64,000 bases of DNA, from assembly GCA_030704615.1 (NCBI GenBank), contig CM060734.1, forward strand, positions 682,001-746,000, written 5' to 3'. Positions 47,329 through 59,641 of the stretch are shown here, piece by piece (position 1 is the first letter of the stretch; every line of letters starts with the position of its first letter). This stretch comes from Takakia lepidozioides. Taxonomy: Eukaryota; Plantae; Bryophyta. A model generated the notes under the pieces. The model saw nothing but the letters and a program-made list of their open reading frames with translations, had not been told where the DNA came from and did not search any database. A program made the translations under genes and the position numbers.

Positions 47329-50028
47329 TCAACGTTTCTTCCGCTTTTGAGGTCGCCCTTCGAACGCTGCAACTGCCTCGGATGCGTTTCCCATTTCTGA
47401 GGCACGCACCCAAGATGCCTCCACAAGATGATAGCCCTTCCATTTGACGAGATACTCCGTTTCTCGGTTCTTGAACCTCCTCGACTTAAGTATTGCCTCC
47501 ACCTCGTACTCAGGTTCATTTTCATGATCCAACAGCATAGGTGGCGGACGCAACACTTGCTGCCGATTCGGACGTGCTTCATCTTTGAAGTAAGGCTTCA
47601 AAAGGGAGACATGGAATACTGGGTGCACCTTGCTGTTTGCCGGCAGCTCCAATTCATACACATCCTCATTCATAACCCTCCGAATGCGAAAGGGACCCGC
47701 ATACGGAGGTACGAACTTCGGACTCACTTCCGGAGGTAGTCGGAAATTCTTGATGTTCAACCAGACCTCTGTGCCTGCCTCAAACTTCACTTCCCTCCGC
47801 TTCCGATTCGCCTGCCTTTCATACCGTTTCCTAGCTTTGGCAATGTTGTACTTTGCGAGCTTCAACAAACGCTCGCGTTCTTCCAGTACCGCCGCTACTG
47901 CCGGTTCCTCAACGTCCTGGGCGGCCCAACTTGTCGGCACCAGAGGTGCTTTTCCATAGACCAACACAAAAGGGGAAACTCCCGTCGCGGAGTGTTCTGT
48001 GTTATTATAACAGAACTCTGCCGCGTCTAAGTGTTCCATCCAGTCTGATTGGTCTGCCGACACGTAATTCCGCAAGAATTGCTTCACTACGGAATTCACT
48101 CTTTCCGTTTGGCCGTCCGTCGTAGGTCGGAAGGCGGTGCTCATCTTCAGCCTCGTCCCCATCTTCTTCCAAAGTGCTCTCCAGAATTTACTCGTAAACT
48201 TTGGATCGCGGTCCGAGACAATATCCTTCGGGACTCCATGATGCTTTAAGACGTGGGCGAAGTAAAGTCGCCCTGTCTCCTGCGCCGTTGCCGTCTCCTT
48301 GGTGGGGATGAAATGGGCCATTTTACTGAACCTATCTACCACCACCATGATTGCATCGAATCCTTTTGACAGCGGCATAGCAGTCATGAAATCCATCGAG
48401 ACGCTTTCCCAAGTCCCCTCTGGAATCGGCAAGGGTTGTAACAGCCCCGCTTGCTTTTTGTACTCGCTCCGGTTTTGTTGGCATGTGGTGCATGTCTTGA
48501 CATACTCCTCTGCCTCCTCCCTCAGTTTGGGCCAGAAATACTCTTTCTTCAAGAGTGCCGCAGTGCGCTTGGCTCCACCGTGGCCCGCAAGCGGGCTATC
48601 ATGGCATTCTCTCAAGAGACTATCCCTGATCCCTCCCTTTGGCACATAGAGACGTTTTTGCTTATACCGGAGCAGTCCGTTTTGCAAGTGGAACTGCGAT
48701 TTAACCCCCATTCTCAAGTCCTGCATCACGCACTTTGCCAGCTCATCCTTCCGGCAAGCCTTCCGGATCTTCCTTTGGAGCGCCGTCTCGCCCTTGTACA
48801 CCAACAAGAGCTGCTGCTTTCTACTTAAAGCATCGGCCACCACATTGTCCCGTCCCGGTTTGTACTGGATATCCACGTCGAACACTGCCAAAGTATCTTG
48901 CCACCTAAGTTGTTTTGGGGACAACTTGGGCTGCGTGGCAAAATACTTCACCGTGACATTGTCCGTGAACACCTTCACTGGGTTGGAACCAACATAGTGG
49001 CGCCAGAGTTCAAGGCAATGCACCACCGCCTTCATCTCTTTTTCGTGCGTCGGCCACCGTCGCTCCACTTCATTCAGTTTCTTACTTTCGTAAGCCACTG
49101 GACGTCCATCTTGCATAAGTACACCCCCAATTGCGAAGTCCGATGCATCTGTATGAATCTCAAACGGACGATCGAACTCCGGGATTTTCAAGACTGGAGC
49201 TTCCGTCATCCGCTGCTTCAATTCAGCAAAAGCTTGGCCACAAAATGTGTTCCATACCCAGACTTTGGATTTACACAGAAGGTCCGACAGCGGCCCCGCG
49301 ATCTTGGCGAAATTTCTCACATACTTCCGGTAATAGGAGGCGAGTCCTAGGAAGGATCGCACTCCCGGGACCGAAGTCGGAGGCTCCCAGTCCAAGATCG
49401 CCCTCACCTTTCTGTCATCCATTTTGATCCCATCCTGTGTAATCACATGCCCCAAGAACTCCACTTTTGTGACCCCGAATTCGCACTTTGAAGCTTTGGC
49501 ATACAGCTTCCCTTCTCGCAATTTTTGGAACACCCTTTTGAGGTGCTCCAGGTGCTCCTCCTTTGTTTTCGAGTACACCAAGATGTCGTCGATGTACACG
49601 ATCACAAAGTCATCCAACCACTCCTGGAAAAGGCTGTTCATCAGCGTGCTAAATGTCGCTGGTGCATTGGTGAGCCCAAAAGGCATCACCAAGAACTCAT
49701 ATGAACCATACCTTGTCCTGCACGCGGTCTTCTCCTCATCTCCTTCCGCCACCCGAATTTGGTGATAGCCGGAGCGCAAGTCGATCCGGCTGAAATACTT
49801 CGCTCCTGCCAACCGATCGAAGAGGTCGTCGATCCTTGGCAAAGGGTACCGGTTTTTGATAGTCACCTTATTCAGAGCCCTGTAATCGACACACATCCGC
49901 AGCGTCCCATCCTTCTTGTCTGCAAATAGCACCGGGGCTCCGTAAGGTGACTTACTCGGCCGGATGTACCCCTTTGACATTAGATCCTTGAGCTGAGTCT
50001 TCAGCTCGACCAACTCTCTGTGGCTCAA
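47329..50028 (-). CDS. Uninterrupted RT-RNaseH-integrase-chromodomain ORF of copy 3 (899 aa)
   Basis: All catalytic motifs present in one frame; ends in chromodomain and basic KRKKR. Confidence 0.95.
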   Translation of the reverse strand: MSHRELVELKTQLKDLMSKGYIRPSKSPYGAPVLFADKKDGTLRMCVDYRALNKVTIKNRYPLPRIDDLFDRLAGAKYFSRIDLRSGYHQIRVAEGDEEKTACRTRYGSYEFLVMPFGLTNAPATFSTLMNSLFQEWLDDFVIVYIDDILVYSKTKEEHLEHLKRVFQKLREGKLYAKASKCEFGVTKVEFLGHVITQDGIKMDDRKVRAILDWEPPTSVPGVRSFLGLASYYRKYVRNFAKIAGPLSDLLCKSKVWVWNTFCGQAFAELKQRMTEAPVLKIPEFDRPFEIHTDASDFAIGGVLMQDGRPVAYESKKLNEVERRWPTHEKEMKAVVHCLELWRHYVGSNPVKVFTDNVTVKYFATQPKLSPKQLRWQDTLAVFDVDIQYKPGRDNVVADALSRKQQLLLVYKGETALQRKIRKACRKDELAKCVMQDLRMGVKSQFHLQNGLLRYKQKRLYVPKGGIRDSLLRECHDSPLAGHGGAKRTAALLKKEYFWPKLREEAEEYVKTCTTCQQNRSEYKKQAGLLQPLPIPEGTWESVSMDFMTAMPLSKGFDAIMVVVDRFSKMAHFIPTKETATAQETGRLYFAHVLKHHGVPKDIVSDRDPKFTSKFWRALWKKMGTRLKMSTAFRPTTDGQTERVNSVVKQFLRNYVSADQSDWMEHLDAAEFCYNNTEHSATGVSPFVLVYGKAPLVPTSWAAQDVEEPAVAAVLEERERLLKLAKYNIAKARKRYERQANRKRREVKFEAGTEVWLNIKNFRLPPEVSPKFVPPYAGPFRIRRVMNEDVYELELPANSKVHPVFHVSLLKPYFKDEARPNRQQVLRPPPMLLDHENEPEYEVEAILKSRRFKNRETEYLVKWKGYHLVEASWVRASEMGNASEAVAAFEGRPQKRKKR

Positions 50029-51885
50029 CCGGTAGGGCGCCTTGGCAGGCGGTCCGATCCCGGTATCACCTCAATCTTGTGGTCAACTCCTCTTCGCGGT
50101 GGCAAGCCGCTTGGTAAATCCTCCGGCATCACATCCTGGTATTTCTCCAAAATCCCCTTGATCCAATCTGGGCTCGGCTCCCCATCGCCTTCTCCTTTCA
50201 CTTCTCTAATGTAAAGCAAAAACTGGGACTCGTGTGCCTCCTCCACGGCCCACTCCTTTGCTGACAGAAGGTTTATTCGCCCTCCCACGGATTTGGGCGT
50301 TTCCGACACTCGTAAAACCTCGCCACCATTCCCACATGGCAGCGTGACTACTCTCTTGCGGCCATCTATGACCGCTCCGGATTTGCTCAAAAAGGTCATC
50401 CCAAAATGAGATCCACTCCATCGATCTCGCAGATAGTGAAGTTCTCACGTCCCTCCCAACTCCCCAGTTGAAGAGGAACATCAAACGCCAACCTTGTCGC
50501 CAACTGAGGTTCTCCTTTGGCAGAACGCACCTCAATAGAGGCCCCCACGTCACTTGTCGGGAGTCCCAACTTTCGCGCCGCCACCGGCGTCATGAAGGAG
50601 TGCGACGCTCCTGTGTCCACCAACAACGACACGTTAGTTCCGGATATTATCCCATCCACGAACAATAACTGACTCCCTTTTCGCAGGGCGCCAGTTTCCT
50701 GATACAACTCACAAGAATTTGCCTACCTTGCAAGTCCTGGCGACCACCGCTTCCACCAAGCGACTGATGGTATCTTCCGACAGCTCCGTGGTCGCCCGAG
50801 TCATGTTCAATTGCCGGGGTTCGTGCACTTCTTGGCCATGTGCCCGGGCTCCCCGCAATTGAAACACACTCCATCAAAGGTCGCCTTCTGTCCGCCATAA
50901 GCCGCTCCACCCGCTTTTCCTTTCGAAGCACCGGGTGCCGCCTTGACGTGTGAAGGACCTCCCTTCGATTTCCACGTGCCATTTTCGCCGCGTGGCCTAT
51001 CCCACTTCTTTTCCGGTCGGGAGGAGTCACCTTCCCGCCGGGTCTTCTTGTGGTTCAGCTCCGTACGGCCTTGTCTCTCACCCCTAGGGACATCCGAGAA
51101 ACATTCAGCTCTCTCAATTGCCTCGTTCAAAGTCTTGGGTGGCTTCTCCTCCAACTTCCGCCTAGCCCATGGGGCCAGTCCCGCCACAAAGTTGAAGACC
51201 ATTTCTGGTTCTGCCATGTCCGCGACTTCGAGCAACAGCACATTGAAAGCCTGGACATACCCCGAATGTCATCTGTTTGCTTCAAATTCCTCATCTTGTC
51301 CCGGGCAAGCCAGGATGCGTTGAGGGGCACAAACTGTCTCTTCATCAATTCCTTGAACCCACTCCAGTTCAAGGTTTCCGGGCTTGGGCCTCGGTCGTGA
51401 AGGCGTTTCTGCCACCATTGTTGAGCATAGCCCCTCAAATAGGTGGGAGCCACTTCCACCCGATCCTCGTCACTCAACTTGGCCGCCCGGAAGTACTGCT
51501 CTAGCTCCAGGAGCCAGGTGTTGAGTGCCTTCCGGTTTCGAACGCCCTCGAAGGTGCCGGGTTCCTTAGGCTTCACCTTAAACTTTGCCTTAGTGGAAGT
51601 GGCATTAGCCGCCTTCAACACGTCTTTCAACGTCCCGCCAAACTGCGCCAACAACCCTTCCCAAAAGGCTGCCGGCATGGGAGGCATCTCTTGGTTTGTC
51701 GGAGCTCTCAAGGATTCCTCGGGCTCCGACTCCTCGGATTCCTCCCGCTCCTGAGCGGCCTCGTTTTCGGAAACATTCATCGCTTCCTCAAACGGCCGCC
51801 TCGGTGACACGTCGCCCCCATCGGGCTCACCGGGATCATCATCTTTTGGGCCGTTCCGCTTTCGCTTCGGCTTGCCCGACCCCAT
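50025..51885 (-). pseudogene. gag-protease of copy 3, broken by single-base indels
   Basis: ORFs 51127-51948, 50807-51241, 50396-50707 and 50025-50399 tile the sequence that is continuous in copies 1 and 2. Confidence 0.9.
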
Positions 51886-52661
51886 GATGAGGCCAATCCC
51901 AAGGACGATCGCGTACTGAACTCTAAGCTCTGATACCAAGTGTCGCACACCTCACTTCGGTAAACTCCCCTTCAAGTCATAGTTACTCGCTTTGATGCGC
52001 GCGCCTGACTCCCAACCTGGCCGCCGGGCCAACTTGGAGTTTCGGCTGCTCACCGGGACATAACGGTCCCCTTCGCTTCCCTCTAAACCCTCCACCTATT
52101 TGGGACTAGGAGAATTCCCTTTGGTAGATGGCAGTCCGGAACAGCTCCCCACTCTTTGGTCGCTTTCCGGCTCGCTCGCTTACTCACTAGTTTTTGGTCA
52201 CCAACGGGCTTGCACCGTTCTCGGGGTTACTACTCCCTATATATACTTCTGTAGCTGTCCGCGGGGGTTTCACAACCAGCCATGCCATTTTATGGCGAAC
52301 CACCACGAAAACCCTCGACTCCCGGTGGTGAGTCGCGGTGAGTCTTGGCCCTCACCACGGCCCCTATGGACCGTGATGAGTCCCAAGACTCCCCACGACT
52401 CCCACCACGAGGTCTCCGCCCCATGGTGAGTCCTATGCCACCCCCACTAAGTCCCACTAAGCTACCACCACCCCTTGTGGAGCCACCCCCACCGCAACCC
52501 GGTGTGCGGGGCTCCACCTAGTGAGCGCCTCCGCTTCCCTTGAGTGCCTTGGGCACTCAAGGGTGCTCAGCCCCCCATACCTATCGCTTCCGCTGCCCCC
52601 ACCACAGGGGCAGCCCCTCATGTGTCCCGACCCCCTGCCCTCAAGGCAAAGGGCCGCGACA

Positions 52662-53924
52662 CTGAGCTGTAGCCAGGGCAGCGAGGCTCTGCTCAACTGC
52701 TGAAGCCGGTTGGCATTTGCCTTGGTCAACACCCTGACTCCGCGTCCTGGCCACGTGCCCTTGGCCGGCCACCTCTGGTTGGCTGGCCACTCGTCCTCTC
52801 GGGGCTTGCTCCACCTGCCACGGCACCAGTGTTCCCTTGGAACTGGCCTGGCGGCAAATCAGGAGGCAAACCATAACACTGGGCCTCTCCCTGCCCGTGC
52901 TTGCACAATGCCCACACTGCAATGTGCAGGCTGTGCATGTGCCAACCCTTTTTGCCTAATTGGGCAATCCTTCTTGAAATGGGGGGTTTCCCCTCCACAT
53001 GTCCCGCCACACATCCCCCGTTGTTGGCCAGCCAATGAAGGGAGAGAGACCCCTGCATAGAGGTCCTCTCTGCCCTTCCCTGGAGCTTCATCTGAGCCCC
53101 CTTGTGCTTTGAGCACGTTGAGGTAGTGGGGGCAGGAGCACCAATTGCCCGTGGTGTTCTTAGCAAATCCCACCATGACCACTCGTTCCTCCACCATGTT
53201 TGCTCATCCGCTCTGCCAGAAAAAACAACCATTTGCTAAGGGGGGTGGGCCGCTGGCAGGAGAGTTGCATCCCGCACCCTTCTCCTCAGCTCCGGTCCAA
53301 ATATCCCATACCAGATGGACTGTGAGGCTTCGTAACCCCTTGGGTTATTTATCAAGCGCCTCCGCGAGTTGGTGAAAAGCCTCCCTCAAAGCTCTCGGTC
53401 GGCTTCCGTTGGAACCTTGCAAGGCTCCGCAACTTCTACTGTTCTACCCCCTGGTAGTTCCTCTCAACTCTTCGAAAGAACTCCACAACAGGTGAAGGCA
53501 GGCACGGGGTGCTATGCTGGTGCGGGTAGATGGCTTGGGTGGACGTGGTTGTAGCTCAGTACCACCAGTCCCACTTAGTTCCACTGCTACTTGCTGAAGC
53601 TGCCGGTTGCAGCGGCAGGTGTAGACACTGCCCTCGTGGCTCTAGTTGCCCTAGTGATGGAGACATAGTCGGGTGCCTAGTAATCTCCAATCCTCGATCT
53701 CAACCTCATGCCCCCGCCTGAACTCATGGGTAATAATCCCATAAGGCGGCCCTCAAGGTACTGAAAAACAACCCTTCCATGCCATGAACGGCGTAAATAG
53801 TTGTGGAGGCATTTGCTGCAAATCACACCAAACTATCAAACTCTTGGATAAAATCATCCAACTCGATGGTGCCCACTGCCCCAGAGTACTGTGGCCCCTT
53901 GGTAGCTACCTACATCTCCTCCAT
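52662..53924 (-). pseudogene. gag N-terminal part of the DNMT-bearing Ty3 element (heavily frameshifted)
   Basis: ATG at 53924, GPQYSGAVGTIELDDFIQEFD, degenerate zinc knuckle CGGTCGGETPHFKKDCP; joins in frame to 45699. Confidence 0.6.
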
Positions 53925-54769
53925 TGTGTCCCACAAACACTGGCAAAGAAACAGAAGAGAAACAACTTGCACCGCGGTTATGAGTCCTACTGATTCAAAT
54001 CCGAATCAGAACCTTCCGTGGAGACATAGGAGATTGAAGGTGGCCTAAACCGAACAAACTGTCTCGTGTACCCACTAGTATCGCTAGTGCTCGAACCGCA
54101 CTGTCCAGCAATAGTGGCACCTCAGTGTTGACACCAACCGGTCATGAACATGTCCCTAACCACCTCTCCAAAGTAACCGGGTAGAGAACCTTTGTTGCGG
54201 CTTATGGTTTGGAATACTAAGTTCCTAACATAGCCTACACTTTGTACCTGCATCCACCGCAAGCACTCCTATGGTTGGCTGGGTCATCACCTCCAACCAC
54301 ACCACAGGAGAGAAACAATGATGGTCTGGCTGGTCATAACCCCAGCACCTCACCATCGAACTGGCCTGACTCTAGGACGGACGGTGATCAAATCGGCCAA
54401 CTCACCTATAAAAACAGGTATGGAGGGGATCCAAACACAAGAAATCAGAACGACAACTCCCCCACACCAAAAACAACTCCACGGTGTTGCTCCTGCAAGG
54501 ATACCCCAGCCCAAACCCGGACTGACTCTTGCCTCCACCTACGGAAAGGTCTTGGCCTAATGAGAGGGTGGAAACTACGAGGAAGAGAAGCTAAAGCAAT
54601 GCCTAACCCAGCATGCCCTCATCCCAAACACTCTTCATCTCCTCTCTTCCCTCACTTGCATGACCATGGGAATATCATGAAGATACTCCTCAAACCGCCC
54701 TCCACGACTTCAAAATTCGGCCTTCCAGCCCACATGCCAGTCCTTAGGTAGTCCACCAGTGCCTCCACG

Positions 54770-56095
54770 AGTCAGCACAGGCCGTCCACAGGTCAACACG
54801 GCCACCACAGACCAGCACAGGCCCACACAGCTCACTCTCACAGCGTCACAGTCCCACAGGCCACTGGCACAGCCTGTCACAGCCCCTCATAGCCCGTCAC
54901 AGCTCGCCACAGCTTGTCACAGCCCCACACAGCCTGTCACAGCCCCGCACAGCCCGTCACAGCCCCACAGGCCACTGGGCACAGCCTGTCACAGCCCTCA
55001 CAGCCCGTCACAGCTCGCCACAGCCCCTCACAGCCCAAAGGCCTCAGGGCACGGCCTGACACAGCCCCTCACAGCCCCTCACAGCCCCAAAGGCCTCAGG
55101 CACGGCTTGTCACAGCCCCTCACAGCCCAAAGCCACGGGCACAGCCTGTCACAGCCTGTCACAGCCCACACAGCCGGTCACAGCCCCGCACAGCCGGTCA
55201 CAGCCCCGCACAGCCCTCACAGCCCGTCACAGCCCCACAGCCACTAGGCAGCCTGTCATAGCCCCTCACAGCCCGTCACAGCCCCACAGGCCTCACACGC
55301 CTTGACACAGCCCCTCACAGCCCGTCACAGCCCCAAAGGCTCAGGCATGGCCTGTCACAGCCCCTCACAGCCCATCACAGCCCAAAGCCACCGGGTAGCC
55401 CATCACAGCCCTCACAGCCCGAAGCCCCGGCGCAGCCCGTCACAGCCCTGAAGGCCACGGCGCAGCCCGACACAGCCCCTCACAGCCCCAAAGGCCTTAG
55501 GCACGCCTGACACAGCCCGTCACAGCCCCAAAGGCCTCAGGCACGGCCTTCACAGCCCCTCACAGCCCTCACAGCCTCAAAGGCTCAGGCATGGCCTGTC
55601 ACAGCCCCTCACAGCCCATCACAGCCCCAAAGGCCACTGGGCACAGCCTGTCACAGCCCCTCACAGCCCGTCACAGCCCCACAGGCCACTGGGCACAGCC
55701 TGTCAGAGCCCCGCACAGCCCGTCACAGCCCCACAGGCCACTAGGCACAGCCTGTCACAGCCCCCACAGCCCATCACAGCCCCACAGGCCTCAGGCACCT
55801 GACACAGCCCCTCACAAGCCCGTCACAGCCCCAAAGCCTCAGGCACGGCCTGTCACAGCCCCTCACAGCCCGTCACAGCCCCAAAGGCCATGGGCACAGC
55901 CTATCACAGCCCCCCTCAGCAGCCTGTCACAACCCCTCACAGCCCATCACAGCCGTCACAGCCCCACAGGCCACTGGGCACAGCCTGTCACAGCCCCTCA
56001 CAGCCCCAAAGGCCACGGGCACAGCCATCATAGCCCTCACAGCCCGTCACAGCCACAGGCCTCAGGCACGGCCGACACAGCCCGTCACAGCCCCA
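54770..56095. repeat. Minisatellite built from ~10-bp CACAGCC(C/T)NN units
   Basis: Roughly 100 units of CACAGCCCCT/CACAGCCCGT/CACAGCCTGT with higher-order blocks. Confidence 0.95.
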
Positions 56096-56544
56096 TCCAT
56101 GGCCGCTCTGGCAGTTTAGCCATTTCTCCAAGGGGTTTAGCCACGCCAAGCTAGGGTTTGTGTCTCTTGGACTCTAGGCTTCTTTCCACCGAGCTATGGC
56201 GGCTGTGAGGAAATCAGCAAGGTATTCTTGCTCTTTCGGCTCCCACACACCACCATAGTAGCCCTAAGCCATGAGGTGGTTGCCACAAACCAGCCTTCTT
56301 TCTCACTTAGCCTCCCCAAACACGCCACTAAACTCAATGGCAAACAACCAAGCCCTGCTGGTTCCCAGCCCTTGTGAGCACTCATTTCAAGCACTCTCCT
56401 TGGCCATAGCATCTGTCTTAGAGCCTATTCCAGCCCCCTACACTGCTGCTTCAAGAGTTGCGCTCCCTTCAAGCTTGAAGTTGAAACCCCAACTCACATA
56501 GCCCTACAAGTGCTTTTCTTTCACTCCAAGTGGAAACCAGCCCT

Positions 56545-56945
56545 AGACCTCCTTCTAGCTCTCTAAAGCTTGAAAACAAGAGCCTCAATGGGCTGAAGGC
56601 ATGCTCCACACATGCCCCACTCTCACCATCAAGAGAATCAGCTCCTTTGCTTCATTTCTTGCACCCACAACCTGAAAATACAAGCTTCAGCAGGCTGAAA
56701 GCATGCTCCACATGCCCTACAGGGAAACCAGCCCCATTCCTTCCTTCTTGCACTCCCACACCTGAAAGTGCAAGCCTTCACCAGGCTGATAGCATGCTCC
56801 ACACATGCATTGCCCTCACATAAGGGAAGTCAGCCCTTCCCTCTTCCTTGCTTGCCCTCCAAGCTTGAAGATGGAAGCTTCAATGAGCTGAATACATGCT
56901 CCACACATGCAACCTCTTCACACAAGAGATATCAGCCCCCTATCT
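56545..56945. repeat. Four degenerate ~100-bp tandem repeats
   Basis: GCTGA..GCATGCTCCACACATGC core near 56592, 56694, 56785 and 56887. Confidence 0.8.
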
Positions 56946-57948
56946 TGGCTCCTTAGCTCCTTGATGCTCTCTAAGACAAGACTAAGCACTCCACAGCCTT
57001 TGCCAAGCTCCCTGAAAACCCTAAGGCTTACATTTCCAGCCACAAGACATTTCTCTTGTGGTGCAAGAGCTCTTCTTCCAAGCTCTGAAAACCTAGGTGC
57101 ACATTCCATGGCCTTGCCGCACCTCTTAGCTCCTGTTCCAGCCCTGCTCTTGCCATGACAAGAGCCCTCTCAATGCTGAAGCTCGAGATTGAAAACCCAA
57201 TCTCACCATACTCCACAAAGTGCACTGATTTGCCCCAAGCCAAATCAGCCCTTTCGCTTGGTCTTGCAATCCTTCACACAATGAAAGCTCGCATTCCCAA
57301 GTCCAGTTCTCAGCTTTGCCACCAAAGCCACTATACCTGCTCTTGACTGGTCCTCTTCCCAATCGTGCTTGCTTCATGCATGTACACAACCTGAAACCAT
57401 CAAGGTGCTCTGGAATTACCTGCAGCATGGTGCTTTCATATCTTGAAGCTGAAGATCGAATGCCAAGGTCTACCACCTCGTAACCCACATCGCCTCCGCT
57501 TCTAACAACCAAGAGCTCCACGGTGCTCCTAGCATAACAACTTGGTTTCTCTCATTCTCAAGCAAAAAACCACAAGTGCTACAACTAACTCGTATATCTG
57601 GCACTCACAGATCGAGCTCATCTTTCGCGAGTGATAAAGAAGAAGAATACAAGCACGAGCTCACAAATCTGAAGCATAAACTCATGCATATATAACTCAT
57701 CACTCAAATACAAGTCAAGCCAAGTGCACCCCACGCCATGGGGAATCCACACTACGGCGCCATAGCTAGGCGCGGTGAGACTCAACTCGAGAAAGATGAG
57801 CCTCCCCGCGTTGCCGTGAAGATAACCACTCCAGGGCCTTAAATCTGCCTTGACCCCTGATTGACACTTGGGCCAATCCAAATGTCAATATGTAAAAGCT
57901 AGCTATTTCCTAGCTAGTTTCACACTAGTGGTAAATAACTTGACACCC

Positions 57949-58448
57949 NNNNNNNNNNNNNNNNNNNNNNNNNNNNNNNNNNNNNNNNNNNNNNNNNNNN
58001 NNNNNNNNNNNNNNNNNNNNNNNNNNNNNNNNNNNNNNNNNNNNNNNNNNNNNNNNNNNNNNNNNNNNNNNNNNNNNNNNNNNNNNNNNNNNNNNNNNNN
58101 NNNNNNNNNNNNNNNNNNNNNNNNNNNNNNNNNNNNNNNNNNNNNNNNNNNNNNNNNNNNNNNNNNNNNNNNNNNNNNNNNNNNNNNNNNNNNNNNNNNN
58201 NNNNNNNNNNNNNNNNNNNNNNNNNNNNNNNNNNNNNNNNNNNNNNNNNNNNNNNNNNNNNNNNNNNNNNNNNNNNNNNNNNNNNNNNNNNNNNNNNNNN
58301 NNNNNNNNNNNNNNNNNNNNNNNNNNNNNNNNNNNNNNNNNNNNNNNNNNNNNNNNNNNNNNNNNNNNNNNNNNNNNNNNNNNNNNNNNNNNNNNNNNNN
58401 NNNNNNNNNNNNNNNNNNNNNNNNNNNNNNNNNNNNNNNNNNNNNNNN
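57949..58448. other. Assembly gap (500 N)
   Basis: Run of N. Confidence 1.
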
Positions 58449-58467
58449 TCTTATTTTTTAAATGGGT

Positions 58468-58967
58468 GCGACCACCAGCAGGTGGTGGTCGCAGCATTTT
58501 CATTTTTTTTAATAGGTGCGACCACAAGCAGAGGGTGGTCGCACATTTTTTCTTTTTTTTAAATTGGGTGCGGTAGTAAATAATAATAATAATAATAATA
58601 ATAATTGCGACCACCCCCCCCACTGGTGGTCGCATCTATTAAAAAAACTGAAAATGCTGCGACCACCCCCATGCTGGTGGTCACACATATTAAAAAATAG
58701 AAAAGTGCTGCGACACCCCCCATGCTGGTGGTCACAGATATTAAAAAATAGAAAAGTGTTGCGACCACCCCCCTGATGGTGGTCGCACCTGTGCGACCAC
58801 CAGTAGCAGTGGTCACGACTGTATAAGAAAAGAAAAAAATGCGACCACCCCTGCTGGTGGTCGCATCTATTTTTAAAAAACAAAAATGCTCCGACAACCC
58901 CTCTGCTGGTGGTCACAACTATTAAAAAATAAGATAAATTCTGCGACCACCACCATTTGGAGGTCGC
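58468..58967. repeat. Array of ten GCGACCACC-N(6-8)-GGTGGTCRC palindromes with AT-rich spacers
   Basis: Period about 50 bp; includes an (AAT)n tract near 58578-58604. Confidence 0.92.
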
Positions 58968-59068
58968 ACCAATTTAACTGGTATATTTTACTGATTTTTC
59001 GGCAAAACTGACGTGACGTTGGTCACGTCAACGTCAGGTCTGACGTGACGTGACGTCACTGACGTGTG

Positions 59069-59641
59069 CAACCCTGGAATGCGCAATCCGGCAAGAACGG
59101 ACGGGACCTGTACGTTGTCACTTCGGATGATATGGTCCGAGTGCTTTCGCAACAAACACGGTACCGGGATTCCCTTCGTGGACGCGGTCCTGGTAAGGGG
59201 CCAGACAGGGCGGAGTTGCAGTTGAGGGCTACAAACAGATGCAATAATCCTGTTAGAATGGCAAAGGTTGTAAACGAATGCATAGTGGGAACACCTTTGC
59301 AATCCAGACATCCTCATCTGGAAAGTGAGGAGAGATTTGGTTCATGCAAGCGCAAACTGGACACCCCTCTGGGATCGGACTGTGATTCACATCGACATGA
59401 TAGGGATAACTTTTCGGTGCCACGTGTGCCCGTGCCACCCACTTTCGTGCCCGCAACATCCTTTGTGGGTGAATCTTCATCGACAGAGTTCACGGAGTCG
59501 ACAACTACAACTACACGGGAGGAAGGGGCGAACCTGTTGCCCATCCAAAAGTCTGATTGTGCAGTCACGCTGTGGCACATAGAACGAACTCCGCAAGGCT
59601 CAAAGGTGAAATGTTCCGCTATCAGGGCAACGTCTTTGTGA
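59069..59641 (+). pseudogene. Probable C-terminal part of the MULE transposase
   Basis: WNAQSGKNGRDLYVVTSDDMVR...GKGPDRAELQLRA...PHLESEERFGSCKRKLD; same strand as the upstream fragments and in the expected position after the catalytic Glu; assignment rests on remembered family pattern. Confidence 0.6.

Larger units (their letters stand above)
45700..52661 (-). mobile_element. Chromovirus (Galadriel-like) copy 3, full length, inserted in gag of the DNMT element
   Basis: LTRs 45700-46423 and 51941-52661, PBS 51927-51938, duplication CTGA at 45696-45699 and 52662-52665; removal restores the frame ...LATAQVVPALRP. Confidence 0.97.
39423..57948 (-). mobile_element. Non-chromovirus Ty3/gypsy retrotransposon encoding a C5 DNA methyltransferase and a PHD finger; 5-prime end lost in the gap
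   Basis: Minus-strand order gag, PR, DNMT, RT, RH, INT, PHD. Candidate short 3-prime LTR about 39423 (or 39413)-39610, preceded by the PPT-like AGGGGGGCGAT. No second LTR seen before the gap, so both limits are tentative. Confidence 0.8.

Noticed and set aside
54759-56154. Pro/Ser/His/Thr-rich ORFs
   Set aside because: Products of a minisatellite with few stop codons.
57868-58916. ORFs spanning or adjoining the gap
   Set aside because: Artefacts of N runs and the palindrome array.
58468-58967. CRISPR array
   Set aside because: Spacers are near-identical AT-rich tracts rather than unique sequences, and there is no cas context.
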